Assembly: GCA_039815185.1 (NCBI GenBank)
Contig: JBCBZT010000001.1
Span: 160,001 to 224,000, forward strand
Source of the DNA: Cyanobacteria bacterium P01_A01_bin.123
Lineage (GTDB): Bacteria; Cyanobacteriota; Cyanobacteriia; Phormidesmidales; Phormidesmidaceae
Length of the DNA stretch: 64,000 nucleotides
Direction of reading: 5' to 3'
In this document: positions 46,844 through 56,300 of the stretch, in pieces
Layout: each line of letters opens with the position of its first letter
How positions within the stretch are numbered: position 1 is the stretch's first letter
Translations under genes and position numbers: made by a program
Notes under the pieces: generated by a model
Told to the model about the DNA's origin: nothing
Seen by the model: only the letters and a program-made list of their open reading frames with translations
The model's database searches: none

Positions 46844-49666
46844 ATGAATACCCAAGCCTCAGCTACATCTCAATCCTCTCAAGATCGCACTTTGCTAAAC
46901 CGAACCAAAGGTTGGCTCAATCATCTCAAGGTTGGTCACAAGATTACCCTAGGCTATGCCATGGCATTGGGCATCGCCCTTGTCGGTACGGTAGCGGGCG
47001 TTAGCATGGGTAATCTTTATGAACGCAAGGCATCTGCGGTTCAAGAGGACGCTATCGAAGAAATTCTTGAGTTAAAACGCTTAGAAACAGCCTTGATCAA
47101 AATCGGCGTGAATGAAAGAGATTTAGTCACCTGGCTCGATAATCCTGAACAATTTCGAGCAACCTATAACGCCTATCAAGAAAATGTTCTGCAATTTCAA
47201 GAAGACTGGTCTGAGCTACTAGAAGAGTATGCAGAAGATACAGAAGCAGGGGTTGAGAGAGAAGAAGAACTCGAATTTTTGGAGGATTTAATCGAAACCT
47301 ACGACGGGGTTTTAGAATCCTATTTGCAGGAAGTCAATAGCTTGATCGCAAGTTTAGAGCTTGCTGAATTACAAGGGGCAAAACTTTCCCAAGCCCGCCA
47401 AGACTTAATTGAGTTAAATCGTCGCCCTGCCTCCTTAGCGCTAAAGCAATTCTCAGAGCAGCTTTCTGAATTTGTTGAATCGATTGAGACAATCGAGTTA
47501 ACCGAAGCCAGGGAGGGGGTTGAACAAGCCGCCCAGATCCGGCTCCAGATCATCGCCATTAGCATCTTGCTTTCGCTGATTGTTTCAGGGCTACTGGCCT
47601 TACGAGCTAGTCGCGCCATTAATCGCCCCCTAAAAGCCCTAGAAGAAACCGCATTGCAGGTGACGCAAGACGAAAACTTTGATCTACGGGCCACGGTACT
47701 CAGCAAAGATGAGATCGGCACGCTGGCAATGGCGCTGAATCAGCTGATCGAATGGGTCGGAACCCATACCCGTTCTCTAAAAGTGACCCAGCAAAATCTA
47801 GAGCGTCAGACTCAAGAACTCAATGCCATTATCGACAACTTAGGGGATGGGCTGTTGGTCACCGATCCCCAAGGGAGCATTACTCGCTCTAATCCAGCCC
47901 TGCGACGCATGTTTGACCTTGAGGACACTACCTTAAGCGGTCAGTCAGTCGAGACGATTTTTGATGAATGCATTACCCAACTCATCAGCCAAAATCAGGA
48001 AGATTCAAAGGCAAACCTGAGCACAGAGTTAGCGCTAGATGCAGACCGAGTCGGGCAAGCCCGAGTAACAACCATCATCCCTAATACAGAGATAGCTAAA
48101 GGGGATGAAGTTCAATCCACAGGTTCTGTCGTCTTGATTCGGGATATTACCGCTGAGAAAGAAGTGGATCAAATGAAGACAGACTTTATTTCCACCGTCT
48201 CCCACGAGTTGCGGACTCCACTAACTTCGGTGCTGGGTTTTGCCAGGCTGATTCAGAAAAAACTAGAAGATGCCGTGCTGCCAGCGGTGACCGTCGAAAA
48301 CAAAAAGACTGAGCGGGCTGTGCGTCAGGTCAGAGAAAACCTGCACATCATTTTGTCTGAAGGGGAACGCTTAACCTCACTGATCAACGATGTGCTAGAT
48401 ATCGCCAAGATTGAGGCGGGCAAAATCGAGTGGAATATGCAGCCAATAGTCGTTTCGGAGATTATTGAACGGGCGATCGCCGCCACATCAGTCCTGGCCC
48501 AAAATAGTGACCTGGCGATCATTCGCGATATCGAACCCGAGTTACCAGAAGTCATAGGCGATCGCGATCGCTTGTTGCAAGTGGTGATTAACCTACTTTC
48601 CAACGCCATCAAATTTACCGACAGCGGTTCAGTCACCTGCCGGGCCTACCCACAAGATGATGGCATTACCATTAGCGTCATTGATACTGGCATGGGTCTA
48701 GCCACGGAGGATGTCGATAAAGTCTTCGAGAAATTCAAGCAAGTAGGCGAAGTCATGACCGATAAGCCCAAAGGCACAGGTCTAGGGTTGCCCATCTGTA
48801 AGCAAATCGTTGAACACCACGGCGGGCGGATCTGGGCTGAAAGTAAACTGGGTCACGGCAGCACCTTCTCCTTTACGTTACCTTTAAGCATTGCACCAGA
48901 AGCTGAGGTTGCTAAAATCAACCTGCAAAGTCTGGTACAGCAACTCAAAGAGAATGTAGGCCGCGCCGTCACGCCAGATGAGAAAACCCAGAAAACGATT
49001 CTGGTCGTCGATGATGAACCCCACATTCGCAAACTGCTACGTCAAGAGCTAGAGTCCGCGGGTTATCAAGTAAAAGAAGCTAAAGACGGTATGGATGCCC
49101 TCAAGCAGGTCAAGCTTACCCCCCCGGATTTAGTCATCATGGATGTGATGATGCCCAACATCAATGGTTTCGACCTAGCTGCCGTGCTGAAGAACAACCC
49201 CGCCACTATGGATATTCCCACCATTGTGCTTTCGATTATTCAAGATCAAGAGCGGGGCTATCGTCTGGGCGTCGATCGCTATCTGAGTAAGCCTATCGAT
49301 ACCAACGTATTACTACGGGATATCAAAACCCTCTTGTCTAAGGGAACGTCCAGTCGCAAAGTTTTGGTGGTCGACGTAGACACCTCCACAACCAAAACCC
49401 TAACCGAGGTGTTGATTTCAAAGGGGTATACCGTCACCGAAGCAACCAGTGGTCACGAGGGTATTGAAAAAGCCCTCTCGCTTAAGCCCGACATGATTAT
49501 CGTCGATTCGGCCATTTCCACTGAGCACAACCTAGTCAAAACCCTGCGGTTCGACAACGGTTTAGAAAATATCTTTTTCATCATGGTGAATCAGTTGCCG
49601 CCCGGACAGAACCCGCAAACTGACAATCGTGAACTAACCGTTACGTCTGGCGACGTCGTGATGTGA
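46844..49666 (+). CDS. Membrane hybrid histidine kinase (TM-sensor-TM-HAMP-PAS-HisKA-HATPase-REC-REC-like)
   Basis: DEIGTLAMALNQL (HAMP), STVSHELRTPLT, NLLSNAIKFT, GTGLGL, ILVVDDEP...DVMMP. The second receiver is degenerate. Confidence 0.93.
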   Translation: MNTQASATSQSSQDRTLLNRTKGWLNHLKVGHKITLGYAMALGIALVGTVAGVSMGNLYERKASAVQEDAIEEILELKRLETALIKIGVNERDLVTWLDNPEQFRATYNAYQENVLQFQEDWSELLEEYAEDTEAGVEREEELEFLEDLIETYDGVLESYLQEVNSLIASLELAELQGAKLSQARQDLIELNRRPASLALKQFSEQLSEFVESIETIELTEAREGVEQAAQIRLQIIAISILLSLIVSGLLALRASRAINRPLKALEETALQVTQDENFDLRATVLSKDEIGTLAMALNQLIEWVGTHTRSLKVTQQNLERQTQELNAIIDNLGDGLLVTDPQGSITRSNPALRRMFDLEDTTLSGQSVETIFDECITQLISQNQEDSKANLSTELALDADRVGQARVTTIIPNTEIAKGDEVQSTGSVVLIRDITAEKEVDQMKTDFISTVSHELRTPLTSVLGFARLIQKKLEDAVLPAVTVENKKTERAVRQVRENLHIILSEGERLTSLINDVLDIAKIEAGKIEWNMQPIVVSEIIERAIAATSVLAQNSDLAIIRDIEPELPEVIGDRDRLLQVVINLLSNAIKFTDSGSVTCRAYPQDDGITISVIDTGMGLATEDVDKVFEKFKQVGEVMTDKPKGTGLGLPICKQIVEHHGGRIWAESKLGHGSTFSFTLPLSIAPEAEVAKINLQSLVQQLKENVGRAVTPDEKTQKTILVVDDEPHIRKLLRQELESAGYQVKEAKDGMDALKQVKLTPPDLVIMDVMMPNINGFDLAAVLKNNPATMDIPTIVLSIIQDQERGYRLGVDRYLSKPIDTNVLLRDIKTLLSKGTSSRKVLVVDVDTSTTKTLTEVLISKGYTVTEATSGHEGIEKALSLKPDMIIVDSAISTEHNLVKTLRFDNGLENIFFIMVNQLPPGQNPQTDNRELTVTSGDVVM

Positions 49667-49698
49667 TTTTCCCTGTTTGATTCTCTCTTTTGCCTATT

Positions 49699-50079
49699 AT
49701 GAACAAAAGCATTTTGATTGTTGATGACGAAGCCTACATCCGCGTGCTGATGGAACAAACCCTAGAAGATCTTGAAGACGAAGGGGTTGAACTGCTGACA
49801 GCCTCAAATGGGGCAGAGGCATTAGCGCTGATCCAGACCGAAAAACCTGATCTGGTTTTTCTAGACGTGATGATGCCTAAAATGAACGGATTTGAAGTGT
49901 GCCAGGCCGTCAAACAAGATACGACTATCCAAAACACCTACATCATCATGCTGACAGCTAAAGGCCAGGAATTTGACCAACAGCAGGGGCACGAAGTTGG
50001 TGCAGACTTGTACATGACCAAGCCCTTCGATCCTGATCAGGTGTTGGCCACAGCCACACAGATTTTAGTGCATGGATAG
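49699..50079 (+). CDS. Single-domain response regulator
   Basis: ILIVDDE, FLDVMMPKMNGFEVC, LTAKGQ, MTKPF. Confidence 0.93.
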   Translation: MNKSILIVDDEAYIRVLMEQTLEDLEDEGVELLTASNGAEALALIQTEKPDLVFLDVMMPKMNGFEVCQAVKQDTTIQNTYIIMLTAKGQEFDQQQGHEVGADLYMTKPFDPDQVLATATQILVHG

Positions 50080-50096
50080 GGCCTTAGGGGCTGGTA

Positions 50097-50311
50097 TGAA
50101 TCTCATCCCCAACTTAATAATAGACATGCAAATGCCCGTCATGAACGGCTATGAGGCAACTCAGCAGATCAAAGTCCGACGCCAGGGACAGGCAACTACC
50201 ATCATTGCCTTGACCGTCAGCATCTTAGAAGAGGAGGATTTGTTTGTGCTTGCTGTCGGGTGCGATGATTTTGTTAGCTCACAATACGCATTTTCTCGCT
50301 GGCTAAGATGA
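50097..50311 (+). pseudogene. Receiver-domain fragment
   Basis: PNLIIDMQMPVMNGYEATQQIK...IIALT...GCDDFV, lacking the N-terminal acidic strand and the terminal KP. Confidence 0.65.
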
Positions 50312-50345
50312 CCGCAAATTAACCATTATTAAATTAACCATTATT

Positions 50346-50450
50346 TATAGCGGTAGCCACAAAGCTTTGTGCGCTACCGCGAGCTAGATTGCTTGTGGAC
50401 TCAGCATCCTGACGATGCTCGGTGCATTAAGCAATCTGGCCAGCGCTATA
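50346..50450 (-). mobile_element. 105-bp MITE-like dispersed repeat, copy 2 (inverted)
   Basis: Reverse complement of 5515-5619 with a few substitutions. Confidence 0.85.
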
Positions 50451-50484
50451 ACTTAAAAATTTAGACATACGGCTAGCGTTACCC

Positions 50485-52701
50485 ATGCAACATTCCGTTG
50501 ATGACCCTATTTCTTCATCAAGTACTGGCCGTAAATCTAAGTCAGTATCCACCAATAACAAGATTCTGGTGATCGATGACTCTCCGGGCAATCTCCGAGT
50601 ACTCTCTGTAGCCCTAGCTCACCACGATTATGACGTGCGCTGTGCCAAAAGCGGAGCCATGGCTTTTCAGTCGATGGCGCAAGAGCTCCCCAATTTAATC
50701 CTGCTGGATATCCGTATGCCCGACATAGATGGCTATACGGTTTGTCGGCAGATCAAAGCTAATCCCATGACTCAAGAAATCCCCGTGATTTTCATCAGCG
50801 CTTCGGATGAAGTTCTAGATAAAGTCCAAGCTTTTGCCAGTGGTGGTGTTGACTACATTGCCAAACCCTTTCAGATAGAAGAGGTTTTGGTCCGAGTCAG
50901 AAATCAACTGGAACTGCAATCAACTCGGGCCAGACTTGATCAACTCAACAATGAGCTTGAACAACGAGTGTTACTCCGCACGCAGCAACTCCAATCGGTG
51001 AATCAACGACTTAAGGCCAGTGAAGAGAGGTTAGAAAGCATTTTAGATACGCTCGAAGATGTGGTTTGGTCAGCGTCGATCGATCCGTTTCAAATCTTGT
51101 ATCTCAACCCAGCCGCTGCAACCCTTTATCAACGCCCCATAGAAGATTTCTTAATGAATAGTAATCTGTGGTTCGAGGTGATTCATCCTAGCAATCGGGC
51201 GGAGGTGATGGAGTCTATCAGAACGATTGCAAGTCGAGGTAATCTCGATATTGAATACCGCATTCTCTGCCATAGTGGGGAAACTCGTTGGGTGCGAAAT
51301 CGCAGTCGCCTAATTGCCACCGACGATGCTTTGCCGCTTCGGATAGAAGGCATTATCTCTGACATCAGCGATCGCAAACGGGCAGAACAGCAACTCATGC
51401 ATGATGCTCTGCATGACGCTCTCACCCAACTCCCGAATCGCACCCTGTTTATTGAGCGCATTGAGCGTGCCTTGAAGCGCAAAAATCGGCAGCCAGACTA
51501 TACCTTTGCCATTCTTTTTATTGATCTGGATCGCTTCAAAGTTGTCAACGATAGCTTAGGTCATGGGGTAGGCGATCGCCTCCTAGTCGAAGTTGCCAAG
51601 CGCCTACTGCAATGCACTCGCCCAGAAGATACCGTTGCCCGTTTGGGAGGGGATGAATTTACCGTCCTATTAGATGAGATTACCGATACGGCTAATGTCA
51701 TTACCTGTGTGCGGCGAATTCAGACTGAACTCAGCTTACCCCTTAACATCGCTGGAAACACCGTATTTACAAGCGCTAGCATTGGCATTGCCATCGCCAC
51801 TGAGGCTTACACAGCCGCATCAGACCTGCTACGGGATGCCGATATTGCCATGTATCGTGCCAAAGAAACTCGAAAATTTGGCTATGAGTTGTTTGACCAA
51901 GTCATGTATGCCCAAACAATGCGGCGTTTAAAGCTAGAGAACGATCTTCGCATCAGTCTAGAACGCCAGGAATTTCAACTCTACTACCAGCCAATTATCT
52001 CGCTGTCAGACCAGAAAATTTTAGGATTTGAAGCGCTACTACGATGGCAACATCCTGAAGAAGGCATGATTAGCCCTGTTGAATTTATCAATATTGCCGA
52101 GGAAACAGGGCTGATTGTTCCCCTGGGCGACTGGATTTTAGCGCAAGCCTGCCGCCAAGTCCGGCAATGGCAACAAGCTTATGAAAATCACCGTCACCTG
52201 AAAGTCAATATCAACGTTGCCAGCCAACAAATCCGTGAGCCAACCTTACTCGACACGTTAGACGAGATCCTACGTGATGTTGGCCTGTCGGGAAATTATC
52301 TGCGTCTGGAAATTACAGAAGGCACGCTAATGCAGCAGACGGAAACCACTATCAAAACCCTGAGGCAAATTCGCCAACGGGATATTCAAATCAGCATTGA
52401 TGATTTTGGTACCGGCTATTCATCTCTCAGCTATCTCAGCCGATTTCCGATTAATAATCTCAAAATCGATCAATCCTTTGTGAGTCGGATGCATCTTGAT
52501 CCAGATAGCTTTGAAATTGTGCGAACCATTACGGCCCTAGCCCATACCTTAGGGATGGATGTAACCGCTGAGGGCATTGAGCTCATCGAGCAGCTTGATC
52601 AACTCAATGTGCTGGGTTGTGAGTTAGGCCAGGGCTATTTTTTCTCACACCCCTTAGAAGCTACTGCTGCTGAAACGCTGTTGGCCACTTGGTCTCGTTA
52701 A
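50485..52701 (+). CDS. REC-PAS-GGDEF-EAL diguanylate cyclase/phosphodiesterase
   Basis: LLDIRMP, HDALTQLPNR, ARLGGDEF, FEALLRW, IDDFGTGYSSLSYL, AEGIE. Confidence 0.95.
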   Translation: MQHSVDDPISSSSTGRKSKSVSTNNKILVIDDSPGNLRVLSVALAHHDYDVRCAKSGAMAFQSMAQELPNLILLDIRMPDIDGYTVCRQIKANPMTQEIPVIFISASDEVLDKVQAFASGGVDYIAKPFQIEEVLVRVRNQLELQSTRARLDQLNNELEQRVLLRTQQLQSVNQRLKASEERLESILDTLEDVVWSASIDPFQILYLNPAAATLYQRPIEDFLMNSNLWFEVIHPSNRAEVMESIRTIASRGNLDIEYRILCHSGETRWVRNRSRLIATDDALPLRIEGIISDISDRKRAEQQLMHDALHDALTQLPNRTLFIERIERALKRKNRQPDYTFAILFIDLDRFKVVNDSLGHGVGDRLLVEVAKRLLQCTRPEDTVARLGGDEFTVLLDEITDTANVITCVRRIQTELSLPLNIAGNTVFTSASIGIAIATEAYTAASDLLRDADIAMYRAKETRKFGYELFDQVMYAQTMRRLKLENDLRISLERQEFQLYYQPIISLSDQKILGFEALLRWQHPEEGMISPVEFINIAEETGLIVPLGDWILAQACRQVRQWQQAYENHRHLKVNINVASQQIREPTLLDTLDEILRDVGLSGNYLRLEITEGTLMQQTETTIKTLRQIRQRDIQISIDDFGTGYSSLSYLSRFPINNLKIDQSFVSRMHLDPDSFEIVRTITALAHTLGMDVTAEGIELIEQLDQLNVLGCELGQGYFFSHPLEATAAETLLATWSR

Positions 52702-52782
52702 TGAGCGTTAACCTGCGTCCAGAACCCAACGTGGAAACGGTTGATACCTCAATAACACTTGGGGAATTGCGTTTGGCTGGGG

Positions 52783-54171
52783 TCAAGGTTTAGAACAAGC
52801 GTTAACTAATTTTTCGGGTAACTCAATCCGGTGCCCCCATTGCAGGTGAATGTAGGACGCGTGGACATTATGAGAAGCCCAGCCTTCTGAGTTGATCGGA
52901 CTTTGGGGATGATAGCCACGCGTTTCGTAAAGTGGAGCAGGGGGAGAATGGCTGAGGTGAGAGCGATGAAATTCGTGTCCCCAAACTTCAGCACCTGAAT
53001 TCACGAGGGGGGTGTCTTGTTGGGCGATCGCGCGTCGATAGCCCAATACTAAGCGATCGCCCATAATTGCGTCTGTCGCTAAACTGCCTGCCATAGCCCA
53101 GGATTTACCTTCAAAATCGGTGAGGGAGTGACACAGGTACATCAAGCCACCACATTCGGCGTAGGTGGGCAGTCCAGCGGCGATCGCAGCACGGACGGCT
53201 TCACGGCCAGGTTGGTTATCGCTCAAGGCATCTGCAAAAACTTCGGGGAACCCCCCGCCAAAATATAACCCCCGGGTGCCTGGGGGTAAAGCAACCTCAT
53301 CCAGGGGACTCCAAGGGATCAATTCGGCTCCCAGCCGTTCTAATGTGGTGAGATTGTCGGCATAGTAAAAGCTAAAAGCGCGATCGCGGGCAACGGCAAT
53401 ACGTGGACGGGGGTTTGGAAGTTCTACCGCCGCTGGCCGTGAATGATGGGGCACGGGCGCAGTTGGATGCACCTGCATTGGATGTGCCTGTAACAGTGGC
53501 GTCAACTGTGACCAGTCAAAGCAAGTGCGTCCCAGTTCTGCCAGTTGAGCCACAATGTGAGCAAAGTCTTGCAGCTCGGCAGTCGGCACCAACCCGAGGT
53601 GACGATCGGGTAAAGCAATCGCCTTGTGGCGGCGCAACACGCCCAAAATGGGTAGGTGGATTGCTGCTAAAGCGGCTTGCAGCAGTTCTAGATGCCGATC
53701 GCTGGCGACTCGATTTAACACTACTCCCACTAGATTAATCTGGGGATCTAGGGTGCGAAATCCGTGGGCGATCGCTGCCACAGAGCCCGACAAGCGACTG
53801 CAATCGAGCACCAACAGCACAGGTACGTCTAGTAGACGGGCAATGTGGGCTGTGCTGCCCCAGGCATCGGTTGCAGAAGCACCACTAGCGGCCCCGTCAA
53901 ACAACCCCATGACACCTTCAATTAAGCAAAAATCAGCCCCATAGCCCTGCTGCTGATAGCACTGACACACATAAGCTTCGCTGGTGAGCACTGGGTCTAG
54001 GTTAAAGCTGGGTCGCCCAGTGACCGCTTGGTGAAACATGGGGTCGATGTAGTCTGGGCCGACCTTAAAGGCTTGGATGGACTGTCTTCGTTGGGCGATC
54101 GCGGCCAGCAGTGCCAGGGTTACCGTGGTTTTACCCACTCCACTTCGTTCCCCCGCCACGATCAACCCCAT
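52783..54171 (-). CDS. cobB: Cobyrinate a,c-diamide synthase
   Basis: SGVGKTT, FKVGPDYIDP, EGVMGLFDG, RHLGLV, AECGGLMYL, GHEFH. Confidence 0.95.
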   Translation of the reverse strand: MGLIVAGERSGVGKTTVTLALLAAIAQRRQSIQAFKVGPDYIDPMFHQAVTGRPSFNLDPVLTSEAYVCQCYQQQGYGADFCLIEGVMGLFDGAASGASATDAWGSTAHIARLLDVPVLLVLDCSRLSGSVAAIAHGFRTLDPQINLVGVVLNRVASDRHLELLQAALAAIHLPILGVLRRHKAIALPDRHLGLVPTAELQDFAHIVAQLAELGRTCFDWSQLTPLLQAHPMQVHPTAPVPHHSRPAAVELPNPRPRIAVARDRAFSFYYADNLTTLERLGAELIPWSPLDEVALPPGTRGLYFGGGFPEVFADALSDNQPGREAVRAAIAAGLPTYAECGGLMYLCHSLTDFEGKSWAMAGSLATDAIMGDRLVLGYRRAIAQQDTPLVNSGAEVWGHEFHRSHLSHSPPAPLYETRGYHPQSPINSEGWASHNVHASYIHLQWGHRIELPEKLVNACSKP

Positions 54172-54177
54172 TATCTT

Positions 54178-55746
54178 TTAGTCCACGGCAAACGTTTCAA
54201 CACCAGATTGGTCAGCCTTAGAGAGGGCCGTTGTCCCCACGGTGGGTTGTAGCAGCGGCGTCCGCAAAATGGAATCATTGGCTAACGTGAACAATGGATT
54301 CGACAAAATGCCTGCTAATGAAGTGGCAACCACCGCCAATACCAAGCTCACCTGGAGGGGACGCATTCCCGGCAGTTCCCAGCGAATTTCAGGATAATTT
54401 TTCACTGCGTCAGACATTTCTTGGGGTTCTTTCACCACCATCATCTTGATAACGCGAATGTAGTAATAAATCGAAATGACGCTGGTAAATAACCCCACCA
54501 GCACGAGGCCATAGGCCTCTGCTTGCCAACCCGCCCAAAAAATATAAAGCTTGCCAAAAAAGCCAGCCAGGGGTGGAATCCCGCCAAGCGAAAGCAAGCA
54601 TACGGTCAATCCCAAGGTCAGCAGCGGGTCTTTTTGATACAAACCGCTATATTCGCTGATTTGGTCAGTCCCTGTTCTCAAGGAGAACAGAATCACGCAG
54701 GTAAACCCGCCCAGGTTCATAAATAGGTAAATCAGCAGATAAAACACCATGCTGGCGTAACCCGCATCAGTACCCACGATCAACCCAATCATCACAAATC
54801 CGGCCTGCCCGATAGAAGAGTAGGCCAACATCCGCTTCATACTGGTTTGGGCCAGGGCGACTACATTACCTAGCACCATGCTGAGAATGGCCAAGGCCGT
54901 GAACACAAAGTGCCATTGCTCAGACACCAAGGGAAATGCAGTGACCAGTAGGCGAATAGCTAGGGCAAAGCCAGCCGCCTTAGACCCGACCGACAAGAAG
55001 GCCACCACTGGGGTGGGGGAGCCCTCATAAACATCGGGTGTCCACTGGTGGAAGGGCACAGCCGCAATTTTGAAGGCGATACCCGCAATCACAAACACCA
55101 AGGCCACCACCAAACCGATGGGTGCCTCGCTGCCATCCGCGAAAATATTGGCCGCGATCGCAGACAATTCCGTCTCGCCACCCGACAACCCGTAAAGCAA
55201 AGAAATGCCGTACAGGAAAATTGCCGAACTCGCTGCCCCAATCAGCAAGTACTTCAAGGCCGCTTCGTTAGAGCGCGGATCCCGCTTCATGTATCCCGTT
55301 AGCAGATACGACGAAATACTCAGGGTTTCCAACGACACAAAGATCATGACCAACTCATCAGCGCCAGAGAGGAACATGCCCCCTAGGGTAGCCGTGAGCA
55401 AAATCACCAAAAACTCTGCCAGAGAGGTGCCCGATTGCTCAATATAGCGAATAGACATAGGCACCGTTGTCGCCGCTGCCAGGGCAATAATGCCCCGAAA
55501 TACGACACTTAAGTCATCACCGTTGAAGGCGCCTAAGAAGGCCACAGGTGAGGTCGCACCCCACTGAAAGGCGAGGGCTACGACGGCGGTAATTAAACCC
55601 GCGATCGCCACATAAGGCGTCCATTTGGCAGAACTGCGACCCACAATCAGGTCGCCGACTAAGATCACAAGCAACGTCACGATGACAATGCCCTCAGGCA
55701 AAATCGCCCCGGCGTTGAGTTGGGCAGTGAGATTGGCAAAATCCAT
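54178..55746 (-). CDS. ndhB: NAD(P)H-quinone oxidoreductase subunit 2 (N)
   Basis: [56 protein letters not shown]. Confidence 0.97.
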   Translation of the reverse strand: MDFANLTAQLNAGAILPEGIVIVTLLVILVGDLIVGRSSAKWTPYVAIAGLITAVVALAFQWGATSPVAFLGAFNGDDLSVVFRGIIALAAATTVPMSIRYIEQSGTSLAEFLVILLTATLGGMFLSGADELVMIFVSLETLSISSYLLTGYMKRDPRSNEAALKYLLIGAASSAIFLYGISLLYGLSGGETELSAIAANIFADGSEAPIGLVVALVFVIAGIAFKIAAVPFHQWTPDVYEGSPTPVVAFLSVGSKAAGFALAIRLLVTAFPLVSEQWHFVFTALAILSMVLGNVVALAQTSMKRMLAYSSIGQAGFVMIGLIVGTDAGYASMVFYLLIYLFMNLGGFTCVILFSLRTGTDQISEYSGLYQKDPLLTLGLTVCLLSLGGIPPLAGFFGKLYIFWAGWQAEAYGLVLVGLFTSVISIYYYIRVIKMMVVKEPQEMSDAVKNYPEIRWELPGMRPLQVSLVLAVVATSLAGILSNPLFTLANDSILRTPLLQPTVGTTALSKADQSGVETFAVD

Positions 55747-56300
55747 ATATTTTCGGCGATCGGGACAGTAAGGTCTCAGGGATAATGCTAAGGCAAATTC
55801 TGATCCGCAATGACAGCAGCCCTAGATAGAACGGGCTCTGAGAGCAAATTCAAATTAGACAGCCTTACATTGAGTTTCTTAACTTCAGTGTATTCGCTTT
55901 GGATTTTACCGCGGATCTTTGCGTAACCTGAGATCCATGGGGTGTATTTTCCTGATTTTCTTTAATCTCCCGCTCAAGTAGACCACAATAAGGCCGTGGC
56001 AAGGTTAAACCGCGTTGCCAGAGCAGTAAGTAGGACTCGCAACCACACAAACCACGATGTCAATTGCTATAAGTGAGAAAAAATGCGGCGATCGCACTGC
56101 GGGCACAATTGCTGTGGACGGGAGTCTCGCTTTCGAGATATCGGTATATATATGATATCTGGGTAGATTCATAGGTATGGTATCTGAGCAGGCTCCCAAA
56201 TCTGCCCTAGATTATTGAGATTCTCAAGCAACCCTTGACATTAGCCAAGGATTGAAATCTGAATTAGTTTTGAATAACCGTCTGAAACCTCTGCAGCCCT

